This document shows positions 1 through 13,200 of a stretch of 64,000 nucleotides of DNA, in pieces (positions within the stretch are counted from its first letter, which is position 1; every line of letters begins with the position of its first letter). A model generated the notes under the pieces. The model did no database searches and was not told the origin of the DNA. It saw only the letters and a program-made list of their open reading frames with translations. The stretch lies in assembly GCF_964213995.1 (NCBI RefSeq), contig NC_135801.1, forward strand, positions 11,222,001 to 11,286,000. The letters run 5' to 3'. The position numbers and the translations under genes were made by a program. The DNA comes from Mustelus asterias (taxonomy: Eukaryota).

Positions 1-806
1 TGATGGAACAAGCTGCCTTGGGAGATGGTACACAAAGACATTAATTCATTCAAATGCCAATGAGATAGATTTCTGTTAGAAAGTAACATGCATTTACAAT
101 GTATGAATAATTTGAGATATGACATGTGATAAGTGAAACATGCTTTGGAGGAACAGATGACTTTGGGAGTTGTGGCTCCCAAAGTTGTCCAACAAAGGGG
201 GGGTTTTCCTCATCCTGTGGCTGGGTACATTGTAGAGTAATTAACAGAGATCGATTGACATGATTAGTCAACAGCTCAATTATCACTGTATCAGATTATT
301 ACCAGGATATGGACTTGACCTACCTTGCATTAAGTTGATCTTTCTCTCCACCCTAACTATGACTGTAACACTACATTCTGCACACTCTCCCTTCCTTCTC
401 TATGTACAGTATGCTTTGTATAGCACACAAGAACCAATACTGTTTATTAATACATGCGACAATAATAAATCAAATCAAATAATCTTTTCGTGTTTTGCAA
501 TTGCTACATTGCAATGGAAGCCAAGAGCGTCAATGGAAAAACAGGACCAAAGAATGTCAATCATTAATAAATGTCAATTTCATATTAATAAGTGTAGTCG
601 GAATTGGACTAACAGTGCATTATTATAGGTATTTCATATGGCGAGAACCTTGTAAAGAGTTGAAACCATCAGTGGAGGTTGTTGGTGGCAAGTCCCTGGC
701 ATCCCAATGTTTTGTGTGAATGGCAGCTGTGGGAAGGGTGCGCGGTAGAAAGGAAACTGACTCTGGCACCAATACTGGCCCTGCAACAATGTCACCTATC
801 ACACTC

Positions 807-1115
807 GGGTGGCATGCTGGCACAGTGGTTAGCACTGCTGCCTCACAGCTCCAGGGACCCGGGTTTGATCCCCGGCTTGGGTCACTGTCTGTGTGGAGTT
901 TGCACGTTCTCCCCCGTGTCTGCGTGGGTTTCCTCCGGGTGCTTCGGTTTCCTCCCACAGTCCAAAAGACGTCCTGGTTAGGGTGCATTGGCCATGCTAA
1001 ATTCTCCCTCAGTTGTACCCGAACAGGCGCCGGAGTGTGGCGACTAGGGGATTTGCACAGTAGTTGCAGTGTGAATGTAAGCCGACTTCTGACACTAATT
1101 AGCAAATAAACTTAA
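807..1115 (+). mobile_element. HE1-type SINE (tail B)
   Basis: tggcacagtggttagcactgctgcc head and V-domain core. Confidence 0.85.
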
Positions 1116-1175
1116 ACACATACCCTTCACATACTCGATGGGAGAGTTGAAAAAGTCAATTTCTTTCATTTGCAG

Positions 1176-1249
1176 GAGAGTGGCTCTGATCAGAGTTCCG
1201 ATAGTGCAGGTTACATGCGGTTGTTATCACTCACTGGCTCTTTCTAAAG
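1176..1249 (+). CDS. Gene 1 exon (RCC1 repeat)
   Basis: tttgcag|...|gtaac; [24 protein letters not shown]. Confidence 0.9.
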
Positions 1250-4200
1250 GTAACATGTTATTACTTACTAAATGAATCTTTCATCACCGTATCTATTGCT
1301 GGACGGTCTGATTAAAATGTTTGTCCATTCTCTTCAGATGGTGCAATCTATTCCTGGGGACAGAATAGTTATGGGCAACTAGGACTTGGTGAAGGCGTTT
1401 ACAGCCAGCTACAACCCAAACGTGTGATATCTCTGACTGGGATCCCAGTGGCTCAGATCGCTGCAGGAGGGAGGCACAGCTTTGCCCTTTCTTTCTCAGG
1501 GGCAGTGTTCAGTTGGGGGAAAAACAGCCACGGACAGCTGGGGCTCAAGGACACAGAGGGTAAGGACACATCGGAGTACATTTCTCTCTTGAAACAATCT
1601 GGATGCCTGTAAAGATACGAGCAGGACCAATGGGATTGGGCTTCCTGTCTGTGGAGACTATGAATCTTAGTCACGCAGAGAGAATACAGTTCATGGAAAC
1701 CCTGAAGGTTTTTTTCTATATATTCTTTCATGGGATGTGAGATTTGTTGCCCATCACTAATTGCCCTTTGAGGGCAGTTAAGAGTCAACCACATTGATAT
1801 GAGGCCAGACCAGGTAAGATTTCCTTTCCTAAAGGGCCAGATGGGCTTTTGCAACAATTTAAACTAGTTTATGGTCCCTAATATAACTTTCTTTCCAGAT
1901 TTTCTTAATAATTAATTGGATTTAAATTCTACCAGCTGCAATGGTGGGATTTGAACCTGTGCCCCCAGAGCATTAGACTGGGTCACTAACCATTTTTTTA
2001 TTCGATCATGGGTCGTGGGTGCCGTTGGCTGGCCAGCATCTAAAGCCCATTCCCAGTTGCCCTTGAGAAGATGGTGGTGAGCCACCTTCTTGAATCGCTG
2101 ATACAACTGAGTGCTTGCTCGGCCATTTCAGAGAGCAATTGAGTCAACCACACGGCTGTGGCTCTGGCGTCCTACATAGGGCAGATCTGGTAAGGACGGC
2201 AGATTTCCTTCCCTAAAGGATATTAGGGAACCAGGTGGGTTTTTCTGACAGTGATATTGCCAATATTCAGTGATAGTGCCATCACACCACTATCCCCCCT
2301 GATCCTGGACCGAGATAACCACAGTGGATTGCTCCTATGTAGTTCCTGGACAGGGCAGGATCCCTGGTAAGTTAATTTTATTTTTATTAATCTTCCATCT
2401 AATATCACCTTCATAATTTGATGCAAAACCATCTTCTCCAGTTATAGTTCATTACTGCACACTTCACAGCGTGGTGAAGGAACTATTCACTACATGCACC
2501 AGTTAAGTGGCAATTTATTTGTTTCAGAAGTGAGGAAGATCACAAGTAATAATTAGCTGGTTTCCTGCCCTCCTCATTATCCAAGCAAATTGTGACCATC
2601 ACATTTAAAAAATAATTAGCACACAAAAGGAAAATATAGGCCTTCAACTTCATCTCCTTACTTCCCTTCTTATAGAATCATAGAATCCTACCGTGCAGAA
2701 GGAGGCCATTCAGCCCATCGAGTCTGCACTGACCACAATCCCACCCAGACCCTATCACCATAACGCCATGCATTTACCCTAGCTAGTCCCCCTGACACTA
2801 AGGGGCAATTTAGCATGGCCAATCCACCTAACCCGCCCATCTTTGGACTGTTGGTTTGGTGGAGAATGTGGTACCAGTATTGGGTAGAGGGCCAAGGTTT
2901 TCCCACATTCTGATGGTAAAAACGTGACATGTCGCGTAGGAACCTCCATTATTAAAACAGGTTGTTCTCTCAATAGATAAAGCCAGTCCATGTCGTGTGC
3001 ATCAAATGAAGAGGCTCAATGTCACATACATCTCTTGTGGAAACCAACATACTGCTGTACTAACAAAGGTATTCTTTCTTAGACTTATTGGGGCTTTCTC
3101 CATAGTGGCTGCAACTTTGGTATTAGGAAGTAAAGTGAAGAATGCCAATTTATTTTTGGAGATAAATTTTAAAAAAGGGCTGTTGGGGCAGTTGTTGATG
3201 TGTCAAAAAAGTGCTCCAATGGAATCACAGAATCCCTACAGTGCAGAAGAAGGCCATTCAGCCCATCGACTCTGCACCGACTCTCTGACAGAGTTTCTTA
3301 CCCAGGCCCTCTTCTCCACCTTTTCCTCGTAACCTCACACATTCACCATGGCTATTCCACCTCACCTACACATCTTGAGGCACTAAGAGGCAATTTGTTT
3401 TTACCATGGCATCTCCATCTAACCTGCACATCTTTGGACAGTAAGGGGCAATTTATCATGGCCAATCCACCTAACCCGCACATCTTTGGAGTGTGGGAGG
3501 AAACCTGAGCACCCGGAGGAAACCCACACAGACACGGGGGAATGTGCAAACTCCACACAGACAGTGACCCAAGGCTGGAATTGAACCTGGGTCCTTGGCA
3601 TTGTGAGGCAGCAGTGCTAACCACTGTGCCACCGTGCCACCCATAGTTTTCATCTGATTCTTTCATGGGATTGTCACTGACGAGGTCACTTGTTGCCCAT
3701 CTCGAATTGCCCTTTGTACTGAGTGGCTGGTGAGACCATTTCAGAGGGTAGTTAAGAACAGCCACATTACCATTTATCTGGGGTCACATGTAGGTCAGAA
3801 AATGTGAGGGCAGCAGATTTCCTTCTCTAAAGGATATTAGTGAAGCAGATAGGTTTTTAATAGCAATTGATAATAGTTGCTACGGTCACTATTACTAAGA
3901 CTAGCTTTATTTCCCAGGTCGATTAATTGAATTTAAATTCCATTAACTACCACGGTGGGATTTGAACCTAGGTCCCAGAGCCTAAGCTGCTGGATTACAA
4001 AGCCTGACATTATCATAATGCCAATACTTTCGGGAGTCCGGTGTTGGCATCAATTGTATGGAAGGGGAAAGTGTTACGCAGTGAAAGGAAAGGTTAAATG
4101 GCCACAGCAAAACTTTTTATCTGAAGGGACACATGGGTCGCTTCCATGTCCTTGTGGGTATGGAGCCAGGGGCAATGGTTGGGGAGGCTGGTTGCTTCTT

Positions 4201-7200
4201 GGAGTCATGTAGCAGGAACTTGCTTCTTCCACTGCATTCCCAACCATGACCACAGGGGGGACTCACAAGTGCATCATGCAAACACTCACAGGCGGCACGG
4301 TAACACAGTGGTTAGCACTGCTGCTTCACAGCTCCAGGGACCTGGGTTCGATTCCCGGCTTGGGTCACTGTCTGTGTGGAGTTTGCACATTCTCCTCGTG
4401 TCTGCGTGGGTTTCCTCTGGGTGCTCAGGTTTCCTCCCACAGTCCAAAGATGTGCGGGTTAGGTTGATTGGCCAGGTTAAAAATTGCCCCTTAGTGTCCT
4501 GAGATGCGTAGGTTAGAGGGATTAATGGGTAAATATGTGGGGGTAGGGCCTGGGTGGGATTGTGTTCGGTGCAGACTCGATGGGCCAAATGGCCTCCTTC
4601 TGCACTGCAGGGTTTCTATGATTTCTATGATTTCCATAATACTTCAAAGAGACTGATCTGGAAAAGATCCGAGGTTGGTGCCTGGATCAGCTGGACAGTC
4701 GAAAGTCCCACTCTGCCGCACTTAAACAGACTATTGTCACTGGAGAGAAGAAGCCTTGGCATGTTTCTCTTGCTATTTGGTTTAGTATCTAACCCATTAA
4801 TCTCCATTATGCTTTATGTTGTATATTAAATAGATGATCAAACGTGCAAACTCCTGATGCTTTGATGAAGGTGTAAGGGGTACATTTTCTCTCTCTGTTC
4901 AACTCTATCCCTGAACTGTCATTGGTTTCCATTAAGCACCTCGGGCTGTTGATCTTAAAAGAGTGATATAAATGCAAATATTGTTCAGAATCACAGAATT
5001 GTTATAGTGCAGAAGGAGGCCATTTGGCCCATCATGTCTGCACCGACTCTCCGAATGAGCAATTCACTTATGGCCATTTTACCACCTTCATCCCCATAAC
5101 TCTGCACCTTTTCTCCTCGTTAAATAAGTCTTATTGCCTTTTTGAATGCCTCGATTGAAGCTGCCTCCACCACACTCTCAGGCAGTGCATTCCAGACCTT
5201 AGCCACGCGCTGTCTGGAAGTTATTCCTCATGTTGCTTTTGCTTCTTTTGCCAATTGCCTTAATTCTGTGCCTTCACATTCTTGACCCATTCACGAATGG
5301 GAACAGTTTCTCCATATTGACTCTGTCTAGACCTCTCATGATTTAGAATGCCTTCATCATCAAATCTCCTCTCAGCCTTTGCTTCCCCAAGGAAAACAGT
5401 CACTTTCTCCAATCTATCTTCCTATTTGAAGTTCCTCATCTCTGGAACCGTTCTCTTGAATGCTTCCTGTCCTCTCTCCAATGCCTTTGCGGGCATCATT
5501 TTCCATTGATCTGAGCAGTGGAAAAGTCCAGTTCCTGGAACAATAGATGTGGGATGCCTTCAAATCCAGTTGCTGTGCTAATAACAGTATGATTTTGTGA
5601 GTGACAGAACATTAAGTCCAGCCCCTGTGAAAGGGGCAGTATCCAAATGTGGAGTGCAACATAACTGTCTGGACCCACACTGCTATGTTTACAGATGCAG
5701 GGCATCTGAATTGAAATGGGGAACGAGGAACTCACATTCTCACGTTTAGAATTAGTGCCTATCATGTCCCAAACTGGGCTGGAAGATGGTGAAGAGAGAT
5801 TCCAGATTTCCTCTACCCTCTGCGTCAAGAAGTGCTTCCTGATTTTAGCCTGGCTCTGATTTTCAATGTGATGTCCCCTTGTTGCAGGACGGAAGAGTTT
5901 TCACGTGCGGAGATGGAAGTGCTGGGCAACTGGGACTGAACACGACAGCCAATGTGAGCACCTTTGAAAGGGTGGAGAAGATTGAGGGCGAAGTTTCACA
6001 GATAGCCTGTGGCAGGTGAGTGACAACAGGAGCTTGGAACACATTCTGTCCTTCTCCTCAAAGCTGGCTTTCGTTTCAGCCTACTCTGATCACATTCAGA
6101 ATACTGTGCAATGCAGTATTTTAAAAATACCCCGTTTTATTTACTATATTTTGCCTCCAGCATTGGGATCTACGTTCAGATGTGAAAGGTGACATTCTCC
6201 TGAATATTCTCCACTATGAGTTAGCATTGGGCAGTTCAGCCCATACTTATGTGCATTAATTACCAAACTTAGGAGGGATTTCTCTGCACAGAGAGTGGTG
6301 AGAATGTGAATACCCATTGTTCATAAGTTCATAAGATACAGGAGCAGAATTAGGCCATTCGGCCCATCGAGTCTGTTCCGCCATTCGATCATGGCTGATA
6401 TGCTCCTCATCCCCATTTTCCTGCCTTCTCCCCATAACCCTTCGTCCCATTACCAATTAAAAATCCATCTAACTCCTCAAATTTTACTCACTGTTCCAGC
6501 ATCCACCGCACTTTGGGGTAGCGAATTCCACAGATTCACAACCCTTTGGGAGAAGTAGTTTCTCCTCAACTCTGTTTTAAATTTGCTATCCCTTATCCTA
6601 AGATTATGACCTCTCATCCTAGAATGCCCTTCCAGCGGAAGCATCCGCTCCACAACTACTTTATCCATACCTTTTATCATCTTGTATACCTCAATTTGAT
6701 CTCCCCTCATTCTTCTAAATTCCAGAGAGTATCGGCCTAAACTGTTCAATCTCTCTTCATACGACAAACCCCTCATGTCTGGAATCAATCTAGTGAACCT
6801 CCTCTGAACTATCTCCAATGCCACTACATCTTTCCTCAAATAAGGGGACCAAAACTGTGCACAATACTCCAGGTGCGGCCTCACCAATGCCTTGTATAGT
6901 TGCAACAATACTTCCTTACCTTTATATTCTATTCCTTTAGCTATAAATGCCAACTTTCCATTTGCTTTCTTTATTATCTGCTGTACCTGCATTCTAGTTT
7001 TCTGTGATTCATGAACGTGGACACCCAGATCCCTCTGCACCAGAGCACCCTGACATGGTGACATGGAGTAGTTGAAGTTAGTAGCATAGGCACTGTTAAA
7101 GGGCGGGTTGGTACCTGCATTTCTATTTTATGGGATATGGCTGTGAATCTGGAGTCTCACAAAGGCCAGACCAATTATGGATGGTAGATTTCCTTCTCTA

Positions 7201-10200
7201 ACAGGACATTAGCGAACCAGATGGGTTTTTTTTAATGGCACTTATAATATTCATCCTGGTCACCAATACTTGAGACCAGCTTTATATTTCCGATTTATTA
7301 ATTACATCTAAACCTGGGTCCCCAGAGAGAACCAGCCTGAGTCTCTGGATAATTTGCGTCCCTCCCACTGTGCCACCATCACCTCCCATTAAATAATGGG
7401 GCAGTAACTGAGAGAGGAGGTAACAGAATGGGAGGAGACTTGTGTTGAGTATAAACAGTGGCATAGGCATATTGGATTGAATGGCCTCTTTCTTTGCTGT
7501 GGAATTGATGTAATCACAGGTAATTTTGATTGGTCTGTGTTCGTAGCATAAATCGTCTCTAATTGGCTCTCTTAATTAAAGAGGTCATAAAGATGACTTC
7601 AACTGTGAAGACAGAACTAAAGTAGTCATTTAATTGCTCTGGCATTTCCTTGTTCTCCATTATGAATTCTCCCATTTCAGATTGTAAGGGACCTACATTT
7701 ATCTTCACTAATCTTTTTCCTTTTACATACTTAGAGAAGCTATCATGTTCCTTGCAAGTTTTCTCTCATACTCTATTTTTCCTTCTTAATCAATCTCTTG
7801 GTCCTCTCATTTGTTGAATTCTACATTCCCCCCCAATTCCCAGGCTTACTACATTTTCTGACTATTTTATATGACTCCTCTTTGGATCTAATACTGCCCT
7901 TAATTTATTTTCATAGAATCATAGAATCCCTACATTGCAGAAGGAGATCATTCAGCCCATCGAGTCTCCACTAACAGCAATCCCACCAAGGCCCTATCCC
8001 CGTAACCCCACATATTTACCCCGCTAATCCCTCTAACCTACGCATCCCAGGACACTAAGGGGCAATTTAGCATGGCCAATCAACCTAACCTGCACATCTT
8101 TGGACTGTGGGAGGAAACCGGAGCACCCGGAGGAAACCCACGCAGACACGGAGACAACGTGCAGACTCCGCATAAATAGTGACCCAAGGCCGGGAATCAA
8201 ACCCGGGTCCCTGGTGCTGTGAGGCAGCAGTGCTAATCACTGTGCCACCATGCCGCCCCAAAACTCCATGAAGTTCTAACCAGAGCAGGAACAAGGATTG
8301 CAAATTGTGTGGCAAGATTATTTATTATCTATAAAATGGGCCACTTTTCCCGTTATGTTTTTGCATCAGGAAGGAATGTATAACTGTTGCAACACATACA
8401 TTTGTTCCTTAAATATTAGCCATTGCCTATCCACCACCATCTAATGAAGTTCCCCAATTAATCTTAGCAACTCACCCCTCCTATCTTCATAGTTTCCTTT
8501 GCTAAGATTTACGACCCGAGTTTCAGATTGGGCTACTTCATTTTCCATCCCAATGAACAATTCTATCATGTTATAGTCACGTTCCCTTAAAAAAAACACC
8601 TGCAACACGATTATTTATTAACCTTATCTCAATGTACAACACTAAAATTAGGTAGCTTGTTCCCTAGTTGGTTCCTCGAGGTAATGGTCTAAAAAGAAGC
8701 TCGTACACTCTGCACTTGTGATAATGGAACAGATTGAACACTCTTACTTAATGCAAATCCTCCCTTCCTTGATGTCTGAACATAAGAACATAAGAAATAG
8801 GAGCAGGAGTAGGCCATCTAGCCCCTCGAGCCTGCCCCGCCATTCGATAAGATCATGGCTGATCTGAAGTGAATCAGTTCCACTTATCCGCCTGCTCCCC
8901 ATAACCCTTCATTCCCTTACCGCTCAGAAATCCATCTATCTGTGACTTAAACATATTCAACGAGGTAGCCTCCACCACTTCAGTGGGCAGAGAATTCCAG
9001 AGATTCACCACCCTCTGAGAGAAGAAGTTCCTTCTCAACTCTGTCCTAAGCTGAGCCCCCTTTATTTTGAGGCTGTGCCCTCTAGTTCTGGTTTCCTTTC
9101 TAAGTGGAAAGAATCTCTCCACTTCTACCCTATCCAGCCCCTTCATTATCTTATATGCCTCTATAAGATCACCCCTCAGCCTTCTAAACTCCAACGAGTA
9201 CAAACCTAATCTGCTCAATCTCTCCTCATAATCTACACCCCTCATATCCGGTATCAACCTGGTGAACCTTCTCCGCACTCTCTCCAAGGCCAATATATCC
9301 TTTCGCAAGTAAGGGGACCAAAACTGCACACAGTATTCCAGCTGCAGCCTCACCAATGCTTTGTACAGATGCAGCAAGACTTCTCTGCTTTTATATTCTA
9401 TCCCCCTAGCGATAAATGCCAACATCCCATTTGCCTTCTTGATCACCTGTTGTACTTGCAGACTGAGTTTTTGCGACTCATGCACAAGGACCCCCAGGTC
9501 CCTTTGCACAGTAGCATGTTGTAATTTTTTTCCATTTAAATAATCATCCAATTTGCTATTATTTCTTCCAAAGTGAAAGGTTATTTACTGCAAGGTTATT
9601 GTCTTTTTTCACAGCTAAACCAGTCTTCTTATTGCTTCTATCTTAAATACGATAGTTTGTGGAAACCAGAAAAGAAAGTCCTGTGCTTTTTGTAACCTCT
9701 ATGCTCAACTATTCTGGCTGGCCTCCCATCTTCCACCCTTCATTAACTTGAGTTCATCCTAAGATAAAAGCAAAATACTGCGGATGCTGGATCCCAGCTG
9801 ACGAAGAGTCATCCAGATTCGAAATGTTGCCTTTGTTCTCTCTCCGTAGATGCTGTCAGGCCTGCTGAGATTTTGCAGCAAACTCATCCTAACATCAATC
9901 CCATTCACCCATCATCCACCCCCTATACTTGATGATCTACATTGGTTCCCAGTCGACTAATGCCTGCATTTAAAGGTTCTCACCCCCATGTTTAAATCCC
10001 TCCATGTCCTCACTCTTCCCCTGTTACTTCCTTCAGCACTACAACCCCACAAGAACATTGCTTTCCTCCATCCTCCTCTCCATTTGCTCCACCATTGGCA
10101 GCTCTGTCTTAAGCCAAGCTAAGCCATAGGCTCTGGAACTCCCTCCCTGAACCTCCCCACTTCTCCTCCTTTAGGATGCCTTTTAAAACTTACCTCTGAG

Positions 10201-13200
10201 CAAATTTTGGATCGCTAGTCTGCTAACTCCTTCTACAGGTCAATGTCAATTTTTGGCTCTCGTGTGCATTTTGCGAAATTAAAGTCGCTCAAGAAGTTCT
10301 TCCTCTTGATTATCCCACCAGCAGTCACAGATGCAAAAGAAGAGACCTCAGTGGATTGGTTCCCATGCGTAATCCTTCCCAGTTTATAGATCTCCCATTA
10401 CCAAAGCAACAGAGAGTGTGTTGTTGCTTCTGTTTTCATTTGGTAAACAGTTAAGAAGATTCTTTGGAATACCATTACCAAACAATGCTTCATGATCTAA
10501 ATACAACCTTTAACTATAAAGCCAGTGACATGTAAATCATTGTGACGTATAGTTATTCTCAACATTCAATGATCTTTTGATTGGATTTTTGATACCAACA
10601 TCCAAAAGGTGGCACAGTGGTTAGCAGAGATCTGGGTTCGATTCCCAGCTTGGGTCACTGTCTGTGCAGAGTCGGCACATTCTCCCCGTGTCTGCGTGGG
10701 TTTCCTCCAGGTGCTCCGGTTTCCTCCAACAGTCCGAAAGACGTGCTGGTTAGGGTGCATTGGCCACGCTAAATTCTCCCTTGGTGTTACCCGAACAGGC
10801 GCCGGAGTGTGGCGACCAGGGGATTTTCACAGTAACTTCATTGCGGTGTTAATGTAAGCTTACTTGTGACACTAATAAATAAACTTTAGTGAACTTTAGT
10901 AAAACAAACCTGTCATCTAAGTGCAAAGCTAGGAAGCAGCCGGGCTGACTGTGAGACACAAACAAGCTGATTTTGCCCATCAACTTCTGTTATTTAGCTA
11001 TCACACCCTCGCCTACATCCCATCCTCCGATCTGGTCATTTCATTTGGCTCTGCAAGCCGTGGGAAGTTAGAGGAGGATTCAACAAGCAACCACATTAAT
11101 GCAGGTAATTGAACAGCAGCCAATCACACAAGATGTCACTTTTAGCTTGACTACAAATGCTATTTTAACCAAATTAACATCATGTACTCATTCTTGTTGA
11201 ATGTAACCACCATTTCAGTTGAGTCCTTCTGCGTGCTATTTAGCTGTGGTGCGACTGGTAGCACATTTACCTCTGAATGAAGAGGTTCTTGGTTCGAGTC
11301 CAACTCCAGGGCTGGCGTGGAAAAACTCAGGCTGACACTCCAGTGGATTTTTGACTGAGATGTTAAGCTGAGGCCCCATCGGCAAGATCAGGTGGAAGCA
11401 AAAAGGCCACATAGCGCTATTTTGAAGAGGAGTTGGCTAGATGTCCCCGGTGTCCTGGCTAATATTTATCCCTTGATCACCATCACAACAAAACGTTAGC
11501 TGGTCATTATCACATCGTTGTCTGGGGGAGTTTGCTGAATGCACATTAGCTGTCACAGCCTGCTAGAGGTCTATAAAATTATGAGAGACGTTGATAGGGC
11601 GGATAGTCAGAGGCTTTTTCCCAGGGTGGAATGGTCAGCTACAAGAGGACACGGGTTCAAGGTGAGAGGGGAACATTCAGTGGAGACATATAGGGAAAGC
11701 TTTTCACACAGAGTGTGGTGGGTGTCTGGAACACACTGCCAGTGAGGTGGTGGAAACAGGTACGTTAATAAGATCATAAGAACTAGGAGCAGGAGTAGGC
11801 CATCTGGCCCCTCGAGCCTGCTCCACCATTCAGTAAAATCATAGCTGATCTTTTTGTGGACTCAGCTCCACTTACCTGCCCACTCACCATAACCCTTAAT
11901 TCCTTCACTGTTCAAAAATCTATCCAGCCTTAAAAGAATTCAATGGGTAGCCTCAACTGCTTCATTGTGTGAAGAAGTTCCTCCTCAACTCAGTCCTAAA
12001 TCTGCTCCCCCTTATTTTGAGGCTAAGTCCCCTAGTTCTAGTTTCACTTGCCAGTGGAAACAACTTCCCTGCTTCTATCTTATCTATTCCCTTCATAATC
12101 TTATATGTTTCTATAAGATCTCCCCTCATTCTTCTGAATTCCAATGAGTATAGTCCCAGTCTACTTAGTCTCTCCTCATAAGCCAATCCTCTCAAATCCG
12201 GAATCAACCTAGTGAATCTCCTCTGCACCCCCTCCAGTGCCAGTATATCCTTTTTCAAGTAAGGAGACCAAAACTGTATAAAGTATTCCAGACGTGGCCT
12301 CACCAGCATCTTATACAGCTGCAACATAACCTCCCTGTTTTTAAACTCCATCTCTCCTCCAATGAAGGACAAAATTCCATTTGCCTTCTTAATTACCTGC
12401 TGCACCTGCAAACCAACTTTTTATGATTCACGCACAAGGACACTCAGGTCCCTCTGCACAGCAGCATGCTGCAATTTTTTTACCATTTAAATAATAGTCC
12501 ATTTTGCTGTTATTCCTACCAAAATGAATGACCTCACATTTACCAACATTGTACTCCACCTGCCAGACCCTCGCCCACTCACTTAGACTATCTATATCCC
12601 TTTGTAGATTTTCAGTGTCCTCTGCACACTTTGCTCTGCCACTCATCTTAGTGTCATCTGCGAATTTTGACACACTACATTTGGTCCCCAACTCCAAATC
12701 ATCTATGTAAATCGTAAACAATTGTGGTCCCAGCACTGATCCCTGAGGCACACCACTAGTCACGTTAGCAACTGTCAAGGCGTATCTTGATAGACGCATG
12801 AATGGGAGGCGAACAAAGGGATAGAAACCATTGTATGGGCAATAAGTAGAGGGTCTAAATACAAGGATTAGGAATCGGCACAAGCTTGATGGGCCGAAGG
12901 GCCCGTTCCTATGCTGTATTGTTCTTTGTTTTCTTTTACAATAATTACACTTCAATAAAGTATTTCATTGGCTGTGAAGCACTCTGAGACATGGGGTGGT
13001 TGCGAAATAATATGTTGAACAAATGCAAATCTGTTTTTCCCTTCATAATGCTGAAGGTGAAAATGATTTTAGATCAGCAGGGGTTTTCCAGTCGGAATTC
13101 GCTGAGGATACAGGTTCCAATATTGCTATTACCTAATTTTCAGCCACCCCTTAGCACTTTCCCTTCCTTTTCATGCCAACATTTCTAGAATTGCTCGTCA

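Noticed and set aside
629-720. Possible gene 1 exon 2 after ttatag
   Set aside because: No RCC1-like motif and no convincing donor site; the true exons 1-2 appear to lie upstream of the window.
623-1109. Recurring ORFs such as [19 protein letters not shown]... and [14 protein letters not shown]... throughout the window
   Set aside because: Translations of HE1 SINE copies, not genes.
4291-4365. tRNA-like sequences with A and B boxes
   Set aside because: SINE heads continuing into the SINE core; not tRNA genes.
6477-9551. The longest ORFs (195 and 225 aa)
   Set aside because: 5'-truncated CR1 ORF2 C-termini, not host genes or autonomous elements.
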